Shown piece by piece: positions 24,348 to 35,650 of a DNA stretch of 64,000 bases. The stretch is taken from the NCBI GenBank assembly GCA_030704615.1, contig CM060733.1:50840001-50904000 (forward strand), in the 5' to 3' direction. Made by a program: the position numbers and the translations under genes. Within the stretch, counting starts at the first letter, position 1. Each line of letters opens with the position of its first letter. Source of the DNA: Takakia lepidozioides (Eukaryota; Plantae; Bryophyta). The notes under the pieces are model-generated. The model was not told the DNA's origin and searched no databases. It saw only the letters and a program-made list of their open reading frames with translations.

Positions 24348-24859
24348 ATCAGGATTAGATCTTGCTTGGTTGGGCTTCTATTCTTTGACTGGCCTCCACC
24401 AAGAGAGGCTTTGGCAACTACAAGTACTTGGTAATGAAAATAGTACAGAGATGGAGGGGGTTTTGGGCTGGGCTATTCTGCAGGATCAGCATTGCAGCTG
24501 GATTTTGGTGTGGGGGTGTTGATGTTTTGATTTCTTGTGTTTGGATCCCCCCCAACACCTGCATGCTTGACTGTGCGCCATGTTGGTTTTGTGTGGGCGC
24601 TTGCTTTCATAGGGATTAGGCCGGATTTGATCACCGGTCAATCCTAGAGTATGCTGTCGGTGGTGAGGCTGGAGTGATGACCAGCAAGACCACCAGTGTT
24701 TCTTCTATGGTGAGGCTGGGTTGATGACCAGCCAACCATAGGAGTTCTTGCGGTGGATGCAGGTGCAGGTGCCCTGAGCCATTGGGATATGACCCTTAAA
24801 CTGCAACAGGGGCCCACCCGTGTCACTATTAGATTAGTACTAGAGCCTTATAGTGTCAC

Positions 24860-26665
24860 GTGGAGGAGGTGCACATTGTGAGTGTCATTACGGAGTTACC
24901 CAAGGGTTTTGAGGGGAGTACGGCTACAGGCAGTAACAGTGAGAGTGGGTTCACAAGACGAGGTATTCGGTTCAGACCACCTTCACCGCCACCCTCAATT
25001 ACTGTAGAGTCAGACACAGACTCGGAGGCTTCATCAACAGGTGTGCACTTTCATTCGCCATTGTTGTGGGACGACATGGAGGAGATGTATGGAGCTACCA
25101 AGGGGCATCGTAGGTACTCTGGAGCTGTGGGCACAATCGAGTTGGATGACTTTATCCAGGAGTTCGACAGCTGGTATGATTTGCAGCAGATGCGCAATCC
25201 ACAGCTATTCACCCCATTCATGGCGTGGAAGGGACTGTTCCAGCATTTGGAAGGCCCGCCTATGGACGATTACCACGAGTTCAGGCGAGGACATGAAGCA
25301 GAGATTTAGGAGTGGAGGATGTATTGGTCACCTGACTACGTCTCCATTACTCGAGGCACGACGCGACCAGTAGCTGCATCAGTACCAATAGCTCTCACTG
25401 CCAGCACCAGTAGTGGAGCAAGTAGTGCTGGTACTTCTGTAGGTGGTACCAGTTCAAAAGGTGCTACTACTCCTCCTGCCACGACTACAACGCATGTGCC
25501 TAGATTCAACCCGGTGGTGGAGTTCTTCCAGGAGTTGCGGAGGAACTACCAAGGTATACGGACAGAGAAGCTGCGAAGTTTGCAAGACTTCCAGCGCAAA
25601 CCCAGTGAGAGCCTGCGAGAGGCGTACACTCGTATGAGGCGCTTGATAAGTGTGACCCAAGGGGTTACTGAAGCTCAGGCAATCCAGTTTTGGTATGGAA
25701 TTCTGGACAAGGAGCTCAAGAGAAGGGTGCAAGATGCAACCCTGTTACAAGCAGCCCAACCCACATTAGCAGATGTGTTTATGCTGGCTGAGCGGATTGA
25801 GCTCAACATGGTGGAGGAGCGAGTTGTTACAATTGGATTTGGCAAGGACATGCCTGCACGGGGCACAGCTGTCAGCCCACAGGCACAAGGGACTGCCTAA
25901 CAGCGTGGTCAGGGGGGCAAGGTTGCCCAGCCCAAGTTCCATGGAGCTTACAGGGGACCTCAGGTGCAGAGGCCCGTGGCGTCTTTTGCAGGCCAACAAC
26001 AACCAGGGGTGATATGTTGGACATGTGGAGGACCCCATGTCAAGAGAGATTGCCCAGAGAGTGGCAGAAGGCCGGCACAAGCACAGCCTGCACAGTTGCA
26101 GTGTGGGCATTGTGGCAAGTATGGGCATGGAGATGCCTAGTGTTATGACTTGCATCATGAGTTGCGCCCAGGCCATTTCCAAGGGAACAATGGTGGCCGG
26201 GGGCGAGGTGGACCAACCCAGAGAGGACGAGGTGGTCGGGCACGAGGTGCAGGCCAAGGGCAAGCTCAACATGGCCAAGGACGCGGAGGTCAGGGTGTTG
26301 ATCAAGGCATGGCCAATCGGCTTCAGCAGCTAGAGCAGAGGCTCGCTGCCATGGCTATAGCTCAGGCGGTACCGGCTCCCAGGCGGGATGGTCCACCTCC
26401 TGCTCCTGAGGGAGGAGATATGGGAGGCATGGGATATTATGTGCGGAGCAGCACTACCACTAGAGCAGGTGGAGTCTGCTGCAGCCGTGACTCGAGGAGC
26501 AGCACGAGTTCCTGAGCCACGAGGTGCAGAGGTGGAATTGGATCCACAGCGTGGGGAGGCAAGCCGTCAGGCGAGGCTTCCTCAGTCATTCACATTGGCG
26601 GAGACTGTGTCGACGCCATCCATGGCACCTAGTTCTCGCCCGACTGTTACCGAGGCGGAGTTACT
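24860..26665 (+). pseudogene. gag with two zinc knuckles and RGG-rich region; stops and frameshifts
   Basis: LQDFQRKPSESLREAYTRMRRL (retrotransposon gag-like), CWTCGGPHVKRDC (~26015), CGHCGKYGHGDA*C (~26102). Confidence 0.85.
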
Positions 26666-27049
26666 ATGCCATTGGGGAGAGCTACACGTGCAGCACTGAC
26701 ACCTGCTACCAAGGCTAGTGCAGCCGGTGTGTTGTTGGGGGCAGCCACCTCTGTGTGTCAAGCCCCACTGTTCTCGGCAACCATGATTGCGACGCCGGGG
26801 GTAAGACCAACTGCAGTGTTCACACTAGCAGCAACACTCTGTGAGAGTGGGGAGGTCACTTCATCTTCTGCGGAGTTACTGGAAGGTGTAGTGGCAGAGG
26901 GATCCTCAGATTTGAGGGTCAAGACTGCCACGGCTGCGCCATGGCAAGTTGCAGCTGCCAGGTTGATGGAGCTGCCAGCTAGGCCAGCCTTTGAGCGCGC
27001 CATGGTGACACCTGGAGTTGTCTTGTTAGACAACCAGGGAGGCATTTTC

Positions 27050-27420
27050 ACTGTGAGTGGACCGGCAGACAAGAAGTACCGGCCACTGCGGGTCTTGTTG
27101 GACTCGGGAGCTCAGCCACTGATGTTGGGCAGAGCTGCTATTGCAGGTTTGGGCCTCATGGAGGCGGATATGGAGCCTTGTCCTTTCCAGATACAGACAT
27201 CTCTGGGAGGATCAGAGCAGGCTCGGGGCATGACACGGCAGCAGTTGGCCATTAGACTGCAGCCGGATCATCCTATCGATGGCTCAGTAATGCGAGCCAA
27301 GGCCATTGTGACAGACGCGGTCTCTTACGATGTCCTTGTGGGTGGGGCAGTGTTATACCCCATGGGCTTCACCCTGGACTTTTGGGAGGAGTCAGCATCC
27401 TACTGGCCTGGATGGCAGTC
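27050..27420 (+). pseudogene. Aspartic protease domain of pol
   Basis: RVLLDSGAQ...YDVLVG within ORF 26666-28465. Confidence 0.88.
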
Positions 27421-27814
27421 AGGCGATGATTGCCGTGCACAGCTCCCTGTGACATTCATTGGGGGTATAGCGGCTGCCCAGCGGGGCAAGATGCCAACAC
27501 TAGCCACCTTTACAGCTGCAGTTAGTTGGCCTGGAGAATTGCTGGAAGGCAATGCCCATGCAGAAGATGTGCCACCTCCAGCAGAGCAGGATGACATGCA
27601 TGGTATGGCGGAGTTGCCTGCCATGGTTGCTCACACTCCATTGTGGGGTACGAGCAAGGATTTGCAGAAGGTTGCTGATCGACGGGTGCAACAAGCCTGG
27701 GTAGAGGCTTTTGTACCGTCAGGAGAGGAGGAGAGTGCAGGTATTGCACCAAGACCACCTCAGTTGTCACCATTGGATACCACACCTATTGTGTGGCAGT
27801 ATCCGGATGAAGGC

Positions 27815-28760
27815 ATTTGCCTTCTGGACTTGTTTGGCGGGATCAGCACCGGATTGGCTGCTGTGCTACAGGCAGGTGTGCGGGTAAGGCGTTACCTGTA
27901 TGTGGAGAGGGATGAGACTGCACGACGCGTCTCACTTCGCCATGTTACTCAGTTGGTACAGCAGTACTCTGCTTTGTTGCCAGTGTCTGCAGTTCGTGGA
28001 TACCCACAAACCTTGCCAGCAGACATTTCGTTGCTGGGGGCGCCGGATTTGGAGCGGGTTGGCTCCATTGATCTGGTAGTGGCAGGTTGGCCCTGCCAAG
28101 GGCATTCATCAGCCGGGCATGGCAATGGATTGCGAGACTCGAGGACGGGTCTGTTTTGGGAGTTGGTGCGGATTTTGCGCCACTTGCAGCTTCATCAAGC
28201 TGTATTGCCAGCATACATCTTGGAGAATGTGCCACTGATGGGTGATTCTCGGGCCAAGGTGATGGCCAGAGTGCATCAAGTCCGGTCGTGGCTTGGGTCA
28301 GCAGTGTTGCTGGATGCAGCTGCAGTGGGGTCATGGGCTCATCGTCCACGGCTTTGGTGGACTAACTTGATGCCACCCGCACTACTCAAGCGTGCATTTG
28401 ATGGGGTGCAGCGGCCAGCACACCTCACCGTGGATGGCATTTTGGACACAGGGAGGCAGTCTTAACGTGTGAGACACGATGACCGTTCGCCTTTGGCAGT
28501 GGTCAACAGGGTGGGTCAACCACGAGCAGCATTACCTACACTGCTCAGCTTCCCAGGATCCCATGCTTTTGGGATGGTGGACCTGGCATCCTGTGGGATG
28601 CTCAGTTGCAGCAGTTAGTGAGCCTAATGCCGACGAGCGAGAGCGGGGTTTTCCACTGGGACCACGGCGGTGCCTTCTCTTTATGAGGCATCACGACGTC
28701 AAGTGTTGGGGCAAGCAATGGATCTCAATTGCTTGACCTGGATTATCAGCTTGGCTATGG
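27815..28760 (+). pseudogene. C5 cytosine DNA methyltransferase domain (DNMT3/DRM-like) inside pol; C-terminal third disrupted
   Basis: Motif I LLDLFGGISTG, II YVERD, IV DLVVAGWPCQG (PC at 28091-28096), VI YILENV (28223), VIII AHRPRLWWTNL, IX ERER-GFP, X RRQVLGQAM; TAA at 28463 and small deletions after it. Confidence 0.93.
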
Positions 28761-29212
28761 CTGAGCAACGTAGAGTGCGGAGTGCACTTACCTTGACGGT
28801 CTCTCTGCCTACCGAGACGGTACAGGCAGCAAGTGGGGGCGAGCCGGTGAGGACCACGGGGTGTAGACATCCATGGCACACGTGGGAGGTGCTCGAGGTC
28901 CAGAGGGAGTTGGCAGCCAAGACAGCTGTGATGGATGAGGTTGGGGATTCTTCTCGGGTTGAGGAGGTTCTCAATGATGAGATGATGGGGCAGGATGAGG
29001 CCTTGTCATTGACTGAGCAGGAAGGGAGTACTGCTCAAGAGGTTGCAGCATAGCAACCACGGGACGCGTCCTCTACCTCTAAGCCCATTGGACTTAAGGT
29101 TGCAGTTACGGAGGACAATTGGGAGCCTGACATTGGACCCATTGTCACCGGAGGAGAGAGACGACGTATACGGCGGTTCCTGAGGGCTTACAGGAATTGC
29201 TTTGTCTTCAGT

Positions 29213-30622
29213 TTGAAGGATTTGGGAGCACTGAAGGGTCAAGAGATCCGTATTGAGTTGGCCACTGACACGCCAATCTTTCGGAGACCCTATAGATACA
29301 GTGACATGGAGAGGTCTTTGATTCAGATGAGGACTCAAGATCTCTGGGAGGCAGGTTTGGTGGAGCTCTCTGGTGGAGAGTATGCTTCAGCCACAGTGAT
29401 GCCAGCCAAAAAGGATGTCTATGGCAATTGGACGGAGAGACGTATGTGCGGTGATTACCGGCTTGTAAATCGTCAGACCAAGTCCGATAGGTATGCCATG
29501 CCGACACCAGAGGAGATCTTTGATGCCATTGGGCATTCCAAGGTATTTAGCACGTTGGATTTACGATCCAGATATCACCAGTTGCCGATCAAGGAGGCGG
29601 ATAAGCAAAAGACGGCAATCTGGGGGATCAATGAGCACGGGAAGGATTGCCTGTACCAGTGGCGGTTCTTACCATTTGGGCTTAAAAACGCTCCCGCTGA
29701 GTTTCAAAGAGTCATGGACAGGATTCTAGCAGGGTTGAAGTTTGCTCGGTGCTACATAGATGACATCATCATCTTTAGTGCTACGGTGGAGGAGCATGAG
29801 AGACACCTTCAGGGGGTATTTGAGCGCTTGAGGGCGCACGGATTGAAGTTACATCCGGGAAAGTGCAAGTTTTTCCACAACCAGATTGAGTATCTGGGTC
29901 ACATGATATATCCTGGAGGATTGGGGGTACAGCAGACTAAGGTAGAGTCCATTGCACAGGTTCCACGCCCCACGGATGTGAGCCGAGTTCGAGCTTTCAT
30001 GGGGTTAACAAACTATTACAGACGGTTTGTTAAGGGATTTAGTGCCATTGCAAAGGCTCTAACCAAGCTGACCAAGGTGGACTAGGAGTGGCAGTGGGAA
30101 GATGAGCAAGAACAAGCTTTTCAAGAGCTCAAGGTGAGGTTGACCTCGGCGCCCATCTTGAGACGACCTATCAGGGGGCGTCCTTTTCAGCTGCATACAG
30201 ATTGGAGCATGCTGGGGCTTGGAGCGGTGCTCACACAGGTGGATGATGAGGGAAGAGAGTTCGTAGTGGCTTATGCTAGCCACTCGAACAATGCTGCAGA
30301 GTCTAAGTATAGCTCATATGAGGGAGAATGCTTAGCTGCAGTGTGGGCCGTGGCACACTTCAGGTGCTATCTATACGGCAATCTCTTCACCCTTGTCACG
30401 GATCACCAACCACTCAAGTGGTTGATGGAGTCAGACAAGCTTACGGGGAAGCTTGCACGGTGGGCACTCATCCTTCAAGAGTATGACTTTCAGGTGGTGC
30501 ATCGACCGGGTTTGGTCAATCGCAATGCAGATGGGTTGAGTCGCAATCCATGCACGAGCCAACAGGATGACACTGGAGCTCGGTGGCATGGTGAGACGGA
30601 CGAGGAGATGGTGCCCGGATGA
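29213..30622 (+). pseudogene. Reverse transcriptase and RNase H of pol
   Basis: RMCGDYR, FSTLDL, LPFGLKNAP, CYIDDI; LHTDWS...GAVL...EGECLA...LVTDHQPL...NADGLSR; in-frame stops at 30083 and 30620. Confidence 0.96.
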
Positions 30623-30646
30623 CATGCATCTGCATTTCTGTGTATC

Positions 30647-32188
30647 TTGGCAGCGGAAGGCCAGGTTGGACCTGCAACAGGGATGATTGTAGATCAAGTG
30701 TCTGAGGACCCTGAGGCCAGCAATGAGCAAGGTGGCGCCAAAGATATACATGAGGATTCAGTTGTGTTGGACTACCTCCGCACTGGAGACACGGCAGCCA
30801 CTGTGACTGCCAAGGAGAGGGATCGGATCCTACAACGAGCCAAGAGGTTCAAGTGGGAGGGGACACACCTGCTCCGAGAGTGGGAGGATGGTCGAGTGAG
30901 GATTGTGCCTCACCCAACACAGCGGGCACGGTTAGTGCACCATGCCCATGAGGAGTTGGGGCATTTTGGGATGCGACGCACTCATAGTCTACTGCAGGGG
31001 CAGTACTGGTGGCGTGGTATGCACACAGAGGTGCAACAATTTGTGGCTAGGTGCATGGTGTGTGACAGGGTGCGTGCTTCATTCAACGCCCCTACTCCAC
31101 AATTGCACCCTCTTCCGATCATGGGATTGGGCTACAGGTGGAGTCTTGACTTTGCAGGGCCGTTGCCACTGACCATGCGCCACAACAAGTACGTGTTGGT
31201 GATGGTGGAGCACTTCTCCAAGTGGATTGAATTGGTTCCATTGCCTGATAAGGCTAGTGAGGGAGCTGCGTATGCATTCTTGGATTGTGTGCTTAGCCGA
31301 TTCGGTGCTCCAGCTGAGGTACTCACGGACCAAGGGAGAGAGTTCTTGGGGGAGTTTCAGGCGTTGTGTGACAAGGCCTTGATAGACCACCGCACCACTT
31401 CTCGGGATCATCCTGAGGCCGATGGCTTGGCAGAGAGAGTTGTTCAGACAGTAAAGAGGGGTTTGCGCAAGTATGGCTTGCAGAAGGGACACCTAGGAGA
31501 TTGGGACCTTCAGTTACCCTGGTTAGCCATGGGCTACATGTTCAGCAAGCAAGCATCACTCGCCTCCTTCTCACCATACTTTCTTCTCTTTGGCCGAGAG
31601 CCGGATTTGCCTACATCCATTCGCAGAGAAACTGCTACAGTTCTTAACCTTGACGATCCGGACGTGTGGGCACGTGCATGTGAGCAGCGTGCAGAGTTGT
31701 TCAAGAGAGTCATGCCCATGGCTTTCGAGAACCTTGCCATTGCACAACACCGTGATACGTTGAGGTATGCTACCATACGTGGTGGGGGCTATCGTCCTGG
31801 GGTTCGGAGATTCAACCCTGGTGACTATGTCTATCTGCAGCAGACTGCTCCTACGACCCTGGATGTGACTGCAAGACGTGTTATTTTGAGGGTTCGAGAG
31901 GTCTTGCCCTCAGGCGTCTTGGTCTTGGAGGGTCGGGATGGCATAACTTGGAAGGACCATGTGCGTAATTGTGCGCCATGTCACCTTCCGAATGTCGATG
32001 GCAGGATTGACCCAAACCTGGCAGTGGTATCTGCAGGTTTGAGGTGCATGTTGTGTGGGTCTGCTAAAGGGGCAGCCACCATGCTGGTGTGTGATCGATG
32101 CTCTAGAGGTTGGCATATGGGATGCTTGACTCCACCTCTTGAGATGGTTCCGGATGGGGATTGGTTATGTCCACGATGCATTGGATAG
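30647..32188 (+). CDS. Integrase (HHCC zinc finger, DDE core) with C-terminal PHD finger (32045-32179)
   Basis: Open frame: HAHEELGHFG...CMVC, WSLDFAGP, VLTDQGREF, DGLAERVV, FNPGDYV; C4HC3 CMLC..CDRC...H..C...WLCPRC. Confidence 0.95.
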   Translation: MAAEGQVGPATGMIVDQVSEDPEASNEQGGAKDIHEDSVVLDYLRTGDTAATVTAKERDRILQRAKRFKWEGTHLLREWEDGRVRIVPHPTQRARLVHHAHEELGHFGMRRTHSLLQGQYWWRGMHTEVQQFVARCMVCDRVRASFNAPTPQLHPLPIMGLGYRWSLDFAGPLPLTMRHNKYVLVMVEHFSKWIELVPLPDKASEGAAYAFLDCVLSRFGAPAEVLTDQGREFLGEFQALCDKALIDHRTTSRDHPEADGLAERVVQTVKRGLRKYGLQKGHLGDWDLQLPWLAMGYMFSKQASLASFSPYFLLFGREPDLPTSIRRETATVLNLDDPDVWARACEQRAELFKRVMPMAFENLAIAQHRDTLRYATIRGGGYRPGVRRFNPGDYVYLQQTAPTTLDVTARRVILRVREVLPSGVLVLEGRDGITWKDHVRNCAPCHLPNVDGRIDPNLAVVSAGLRCMLCGSAKGAATMLVCDRCSRGWHMGCLTPPLEMVPDGDWLCPRCIG

Positions 32189-32436
32189 TGGGAGTGGATA
32201 CAACCATGGAAGGCTAACAAGCAACGCAAGGCCCAGCTACAGGAGACCTTGAATACACGAAGTCCTGGCTCAAGTTCACAGATTGCAAGACGGCGACTAA
32301 CGATGGGGCTACTCTTGTACCCGGCCTCTTGGTCTATAGAGTTTGAGTACGATAGGGACAGTGATAGAGGACTTAGTACGGCTATGGCTATTACGTTTTG
32401 TAGCTATCTGGAGGTAGAGGGACCTATCCACCAGCT

Positions 32437-32446
32437 AGGGGGGCGA
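32437..32446 (+). promoter_or_regulatory. Polypurine tract
   Basis: aggggggcga directly before B1; the same motif precedes B1 in the second element. Confidence 0.8.
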
Positions 32447-32532
32447 TTGTGGTAGACTACTTTATTGTGCATGTATGTGTGGTGTAGTTTGGACAGCGAT
32501 GTAGTTGTGTTGCGATACGTATGCGCACGACA
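32447..32532 (+). repeat. Repeat B1 (86 bp)
   Basis: Matches 32884-32969 with 2 differences. Confidence 0.95.
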
Positions 32533-32534
32533 GC

Positions 32535-32883
32535 TGTCAAGTTAAATAAGCATAGTGTGAAACTAGCTAGAATAAAGCTAGTTATTTGTATTTAACACTT
32601 GGATTTAGGTCAAGTGTTAAATCAGGTGTCAAGTTTAGTTTGACACCTGACCCGTCTTATCTTCACGAGAGCGGCAGTCGCGCAGCTCATCTCTCTCGAG
32701 TTGAGCCTGCGCGACCGAGCTCCTGCATGCGTTTAGATCTGAGTGTACTCATGATGGGAGTGTAGGTTGTTGTGGGGTGGAGTCCCCATAGCTTGGGGTG
32801 CCCCTGGCTCGACTACTATTTCTAAGAGTGATGGTTTGGTTTTCATGTTTTGTGTCAACAGTGTGTTTGTTGGTTGTTTATCA
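32535..32883 (+). repeat. Repeat A2 (349 bp)
   Basis: Copy of A1; separated from B1 by gc. Confidence 0.97.
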
Positions 32884-32969
32884 TTGTGGTAGACTACTTT
32901 ATTGTGCATGTATGTGTGGTGTGGTTTGGACAGCGATGTAGTTGTGTTGCAATACGTATGCGCACGACA
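32884..32969 (+). repeat. Terminal repeat B2 (86 bp)
   Basis: Abuts A2 directly, ends cgaca, followed by TSD gact. Confidence 0.95.
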
Positions 32970-32999
32970 GACTGTTTCCGCAGCTATCACGTCTCCGTA

Positions 33000-33529
33000 T
33001 TATGAATGTTGTTTTGGAAATGGATCCATTTTTCGGTCGATTATGCAATCTCTTAAACAGGTTCTCATAATCGATGATGTGTATCGGGAATTTGTTGGAA
33101 ATTTTAATCCAAATGCTATATACGTGGCATAAGCAATTACAAATACGTCACACGATGAATTGTCCAATTTGGTGCATGACATTAACATAGATGTATTTGA
33201 ATTATGGTACGGGATTAACTATTAGATGTTGTTCTATTTCCATCGATAGATTTTTATTTGCGGGCATGTTGGAATCAAACACTATACCTTGATGATAAGT
33301 TTCGTTAATTTGAATTTATCATAGTTAAAATCTAATGGTTGTAGTTAACAAATACGTGTTGCAAACATTTCTTTGTGTATTTCGTTATGCCCAGTAGAGT
33401 CGAATACACATGTTGCTGGTAATGCTGATCAAATATTATTTGCATCGCAACTGCTAAATGTTGGTCACACAACCAATTATCAACTGGATTTGCTCGTTGT
33501 GTGTCGTCAATAGAAGATCTTCGTGCCAA
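33000..33529 (-). pseudogene. Decayed Ulp1-like (C48) cysteine peptidase, probably transposon-derived
   Basis: NWLCDQH, LQHVFVNYNH*, VFDS, NSSCDVFVIAYATYIAFG...MRTCLRDC...DPFP. Confidence 0.6.
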
Positions 33530-35650
33530 TATGTTTCATGACGCATTTTCCGTGTCAAATTGTTCATCTTTGGAATTTATTTCTATGATGTCGAGTGGTG
33601 TGGCCTGTGGGAGATAATTCTGAGTAAGCTCGATTTTCAGAATTGATTGTTTTCATGGTTTGAAATGGTTCATTTGATTCTATTGGTGTGGGATGTTTTA
33701 AATTATGGATGTTGTTTAGGAGATTTTTGCCTCATTTAAGCATCATTGAAAAGAAGTTGTAGCCTTTTAGGGTGACCCTATAGTTACGCAAGAGGTTTTT
33801 TTTTTTTTTTTTTCCTTTAAGCGAAGGGAAATCATATTGTTGATCACTAAGGCAAAGATTGCTGATTACAGGCGTGCCTTACCATTCCGTGTCTCTGGCC
33901 TCCAACAATGCCTAGTAAAAGAATGTAGGTGCGCCACAGGGTGGCAAACATCGACCATAGCTCTTATGTGAGGTTCAGCCCCCCTCTTATTTCATGGGCA
34001 CTGTACACCAGTTGCTCTGTTTGTCTGCTTGGATGATTTTACACAACCACCAACTATAGGCAGTGCCCATGTTCCTATCTCCAACGGATCTTGTTGTGAT
34101 GATGCATCAGAGACCATAAGGGCTTCTTTTAGTATATGCAAACATGGTCTGCTCCTTCTTTGTCTCTAGGAAATGCCTACATCCTGAAACAAGCACTGCA
34201 GTCAAAATCCTCAAGTTTGATGTCTTGGCCAGTTTGGGGAATGTTTCCGCGTGAGCCCATAAGCACGTGAGTGTAGCCAGGCTCACGCCACGTCAACATT
34301 ATTTTGATTGTAGAGAACCTAATTCCGCGGAAGGAAAGTCGATTTGCAACGCCTCCGGTTGTCCACCTTTATCGGAAATGTTCCTTCCCCATCCACATTC
34401 AGGACGGATGAGAAATCCACGAGAGGACTGCAAATGAGAAAATTCCGAAGTTGAAGGCCAACCTCCCAAAAAATCATGTGTTGTTTGTAGTCACGTGGAA
34501 ACTTGCAAATTCTCTGCAGCGTAAGAAAATATGTAGTCCATTCCGGAAACACCAATCTTCATCCACTTTTTATTTTCGAAATATTGTGTTAAAAAATATG
34601 TCGTCTTTTACATGGAAGGTATTGAGTGTGCAATGACTCGATTGATGGCACAGTAGCAAGGGCTCCTGGACTGCGATCATAGGTGCGTGTTGCACATTCC
34701 TGTTTCACATGCCTGCATTCTTTCCCTTCCATTTGGGAGTTAGTTGCTTCTCCGGCTCTTTTGTGACGAGTGCTTGTATGAGTCTCTCCTGAATGTCCTT
34801 GTCAGTGCATGGTGCAAGCGCTGCGGCGTTGTCATTTATGTTCCTCAACTCGACCTCATCAAATGATATGTCTTGTTTTGGAAGGTCAAGATACCACCCG
34901 CAGTCTCTGAAGTGCGCTGTCAACTCCAGTCTTTGTCAATCCCAGCTGTATACATTGTCTTGTCATTTGATGGGTCCGCCATGTGTAGATGAAATCAGGG
35001 TCATCGCTCAGATACGTCCCCGGAATGAGGATATGGTAGATGTACCTGAATCATACATTCAGAAAACACAGATACAGCCAGTGCTTGTTAACTCCCATTA
35101 AATCCACTTGTTATCAATATTGCGTTGACGCAAGGTTGATCCCCAACGAAACACTAAGCAAGACAAAGATTTATCTCCCAAAAGAGGCAATTGAAATCCA
35201 TAGCATAATCAAGGTTGCGTTGACGCAACCTTGATTGTGTCCAACACAACGAAGAACAATTGTAATATCGGGTTGGTGTTTCTAAACCGGCCCTTGAAGA
35301 ATTAGCAACCTACTTGGGCTATACTCGCAACTGTGTGTCAGTCTTCAGAGCTAATGTCCGCAGCTTCAAGAATTTTTGAAGGGGGGTGAGGTCAATGCTG
35401 GCCTCACTTTGCTCTCTCAACTTTGTGGGCCTATGATACGTAATATTCATTGCAACAGAGTAAAATTGGAGAGAGAAACCATCTTGAGGGTGTGGAAGAT
35501 TTGTGCCCTCGGTTCTTTTGGAATCATTGCTAAATCTCTCCCGTGAAGCACTCTTATAGTTTCCAAGTATATTTCTCTTTAGCCATAACAATTATTTTTA
35601 TATTAAAAATGAACAAATAAAAAATTCCTCCTCAGTGTCTATATAGTTTT

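Larger units (their letters stand above)
21255..32969 (+). mobile_element. Full-length Ty3/gypsy-type retroelement with DNMT and PHD domains and split direct repeats (A1...B1-A2-B2)
   Basis: Termini TGTC...GACA; TSD GACT at 21251-21254 and 32970-32973; gag, PR, DNMT, RT, RH, IN-PHD in order. Confidence 0.95.

Noticed and set aside
27815-28760. Host DRM/DNMT3 gene or bacterial restriction-modification contaminant
   Set aside because: Intronless, in frame with the retroelement protease, followed by RT and enclosed by repeats and TSD in plant gene context.
21255-32969. DIRS/Ngaro tyrosine-recombinase element, suggested by the split repeats and methyltransferase
   Set aside because: No YR motif found; it has an aspartic protease, DDE integrase, PPT and a TSD.
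32447-32969. Assembly artefact or chance tandem LTR duplication
   Set aside because: The TSD closes exactly at B2, B1 and B2 differ at two sites, and a diverged element at 10595-12144 has the same layout.
33790-35600. Poly(T) tract and short ORFs suggesting another retroposon
   Set aside because: No recognisable domain or boundaries.
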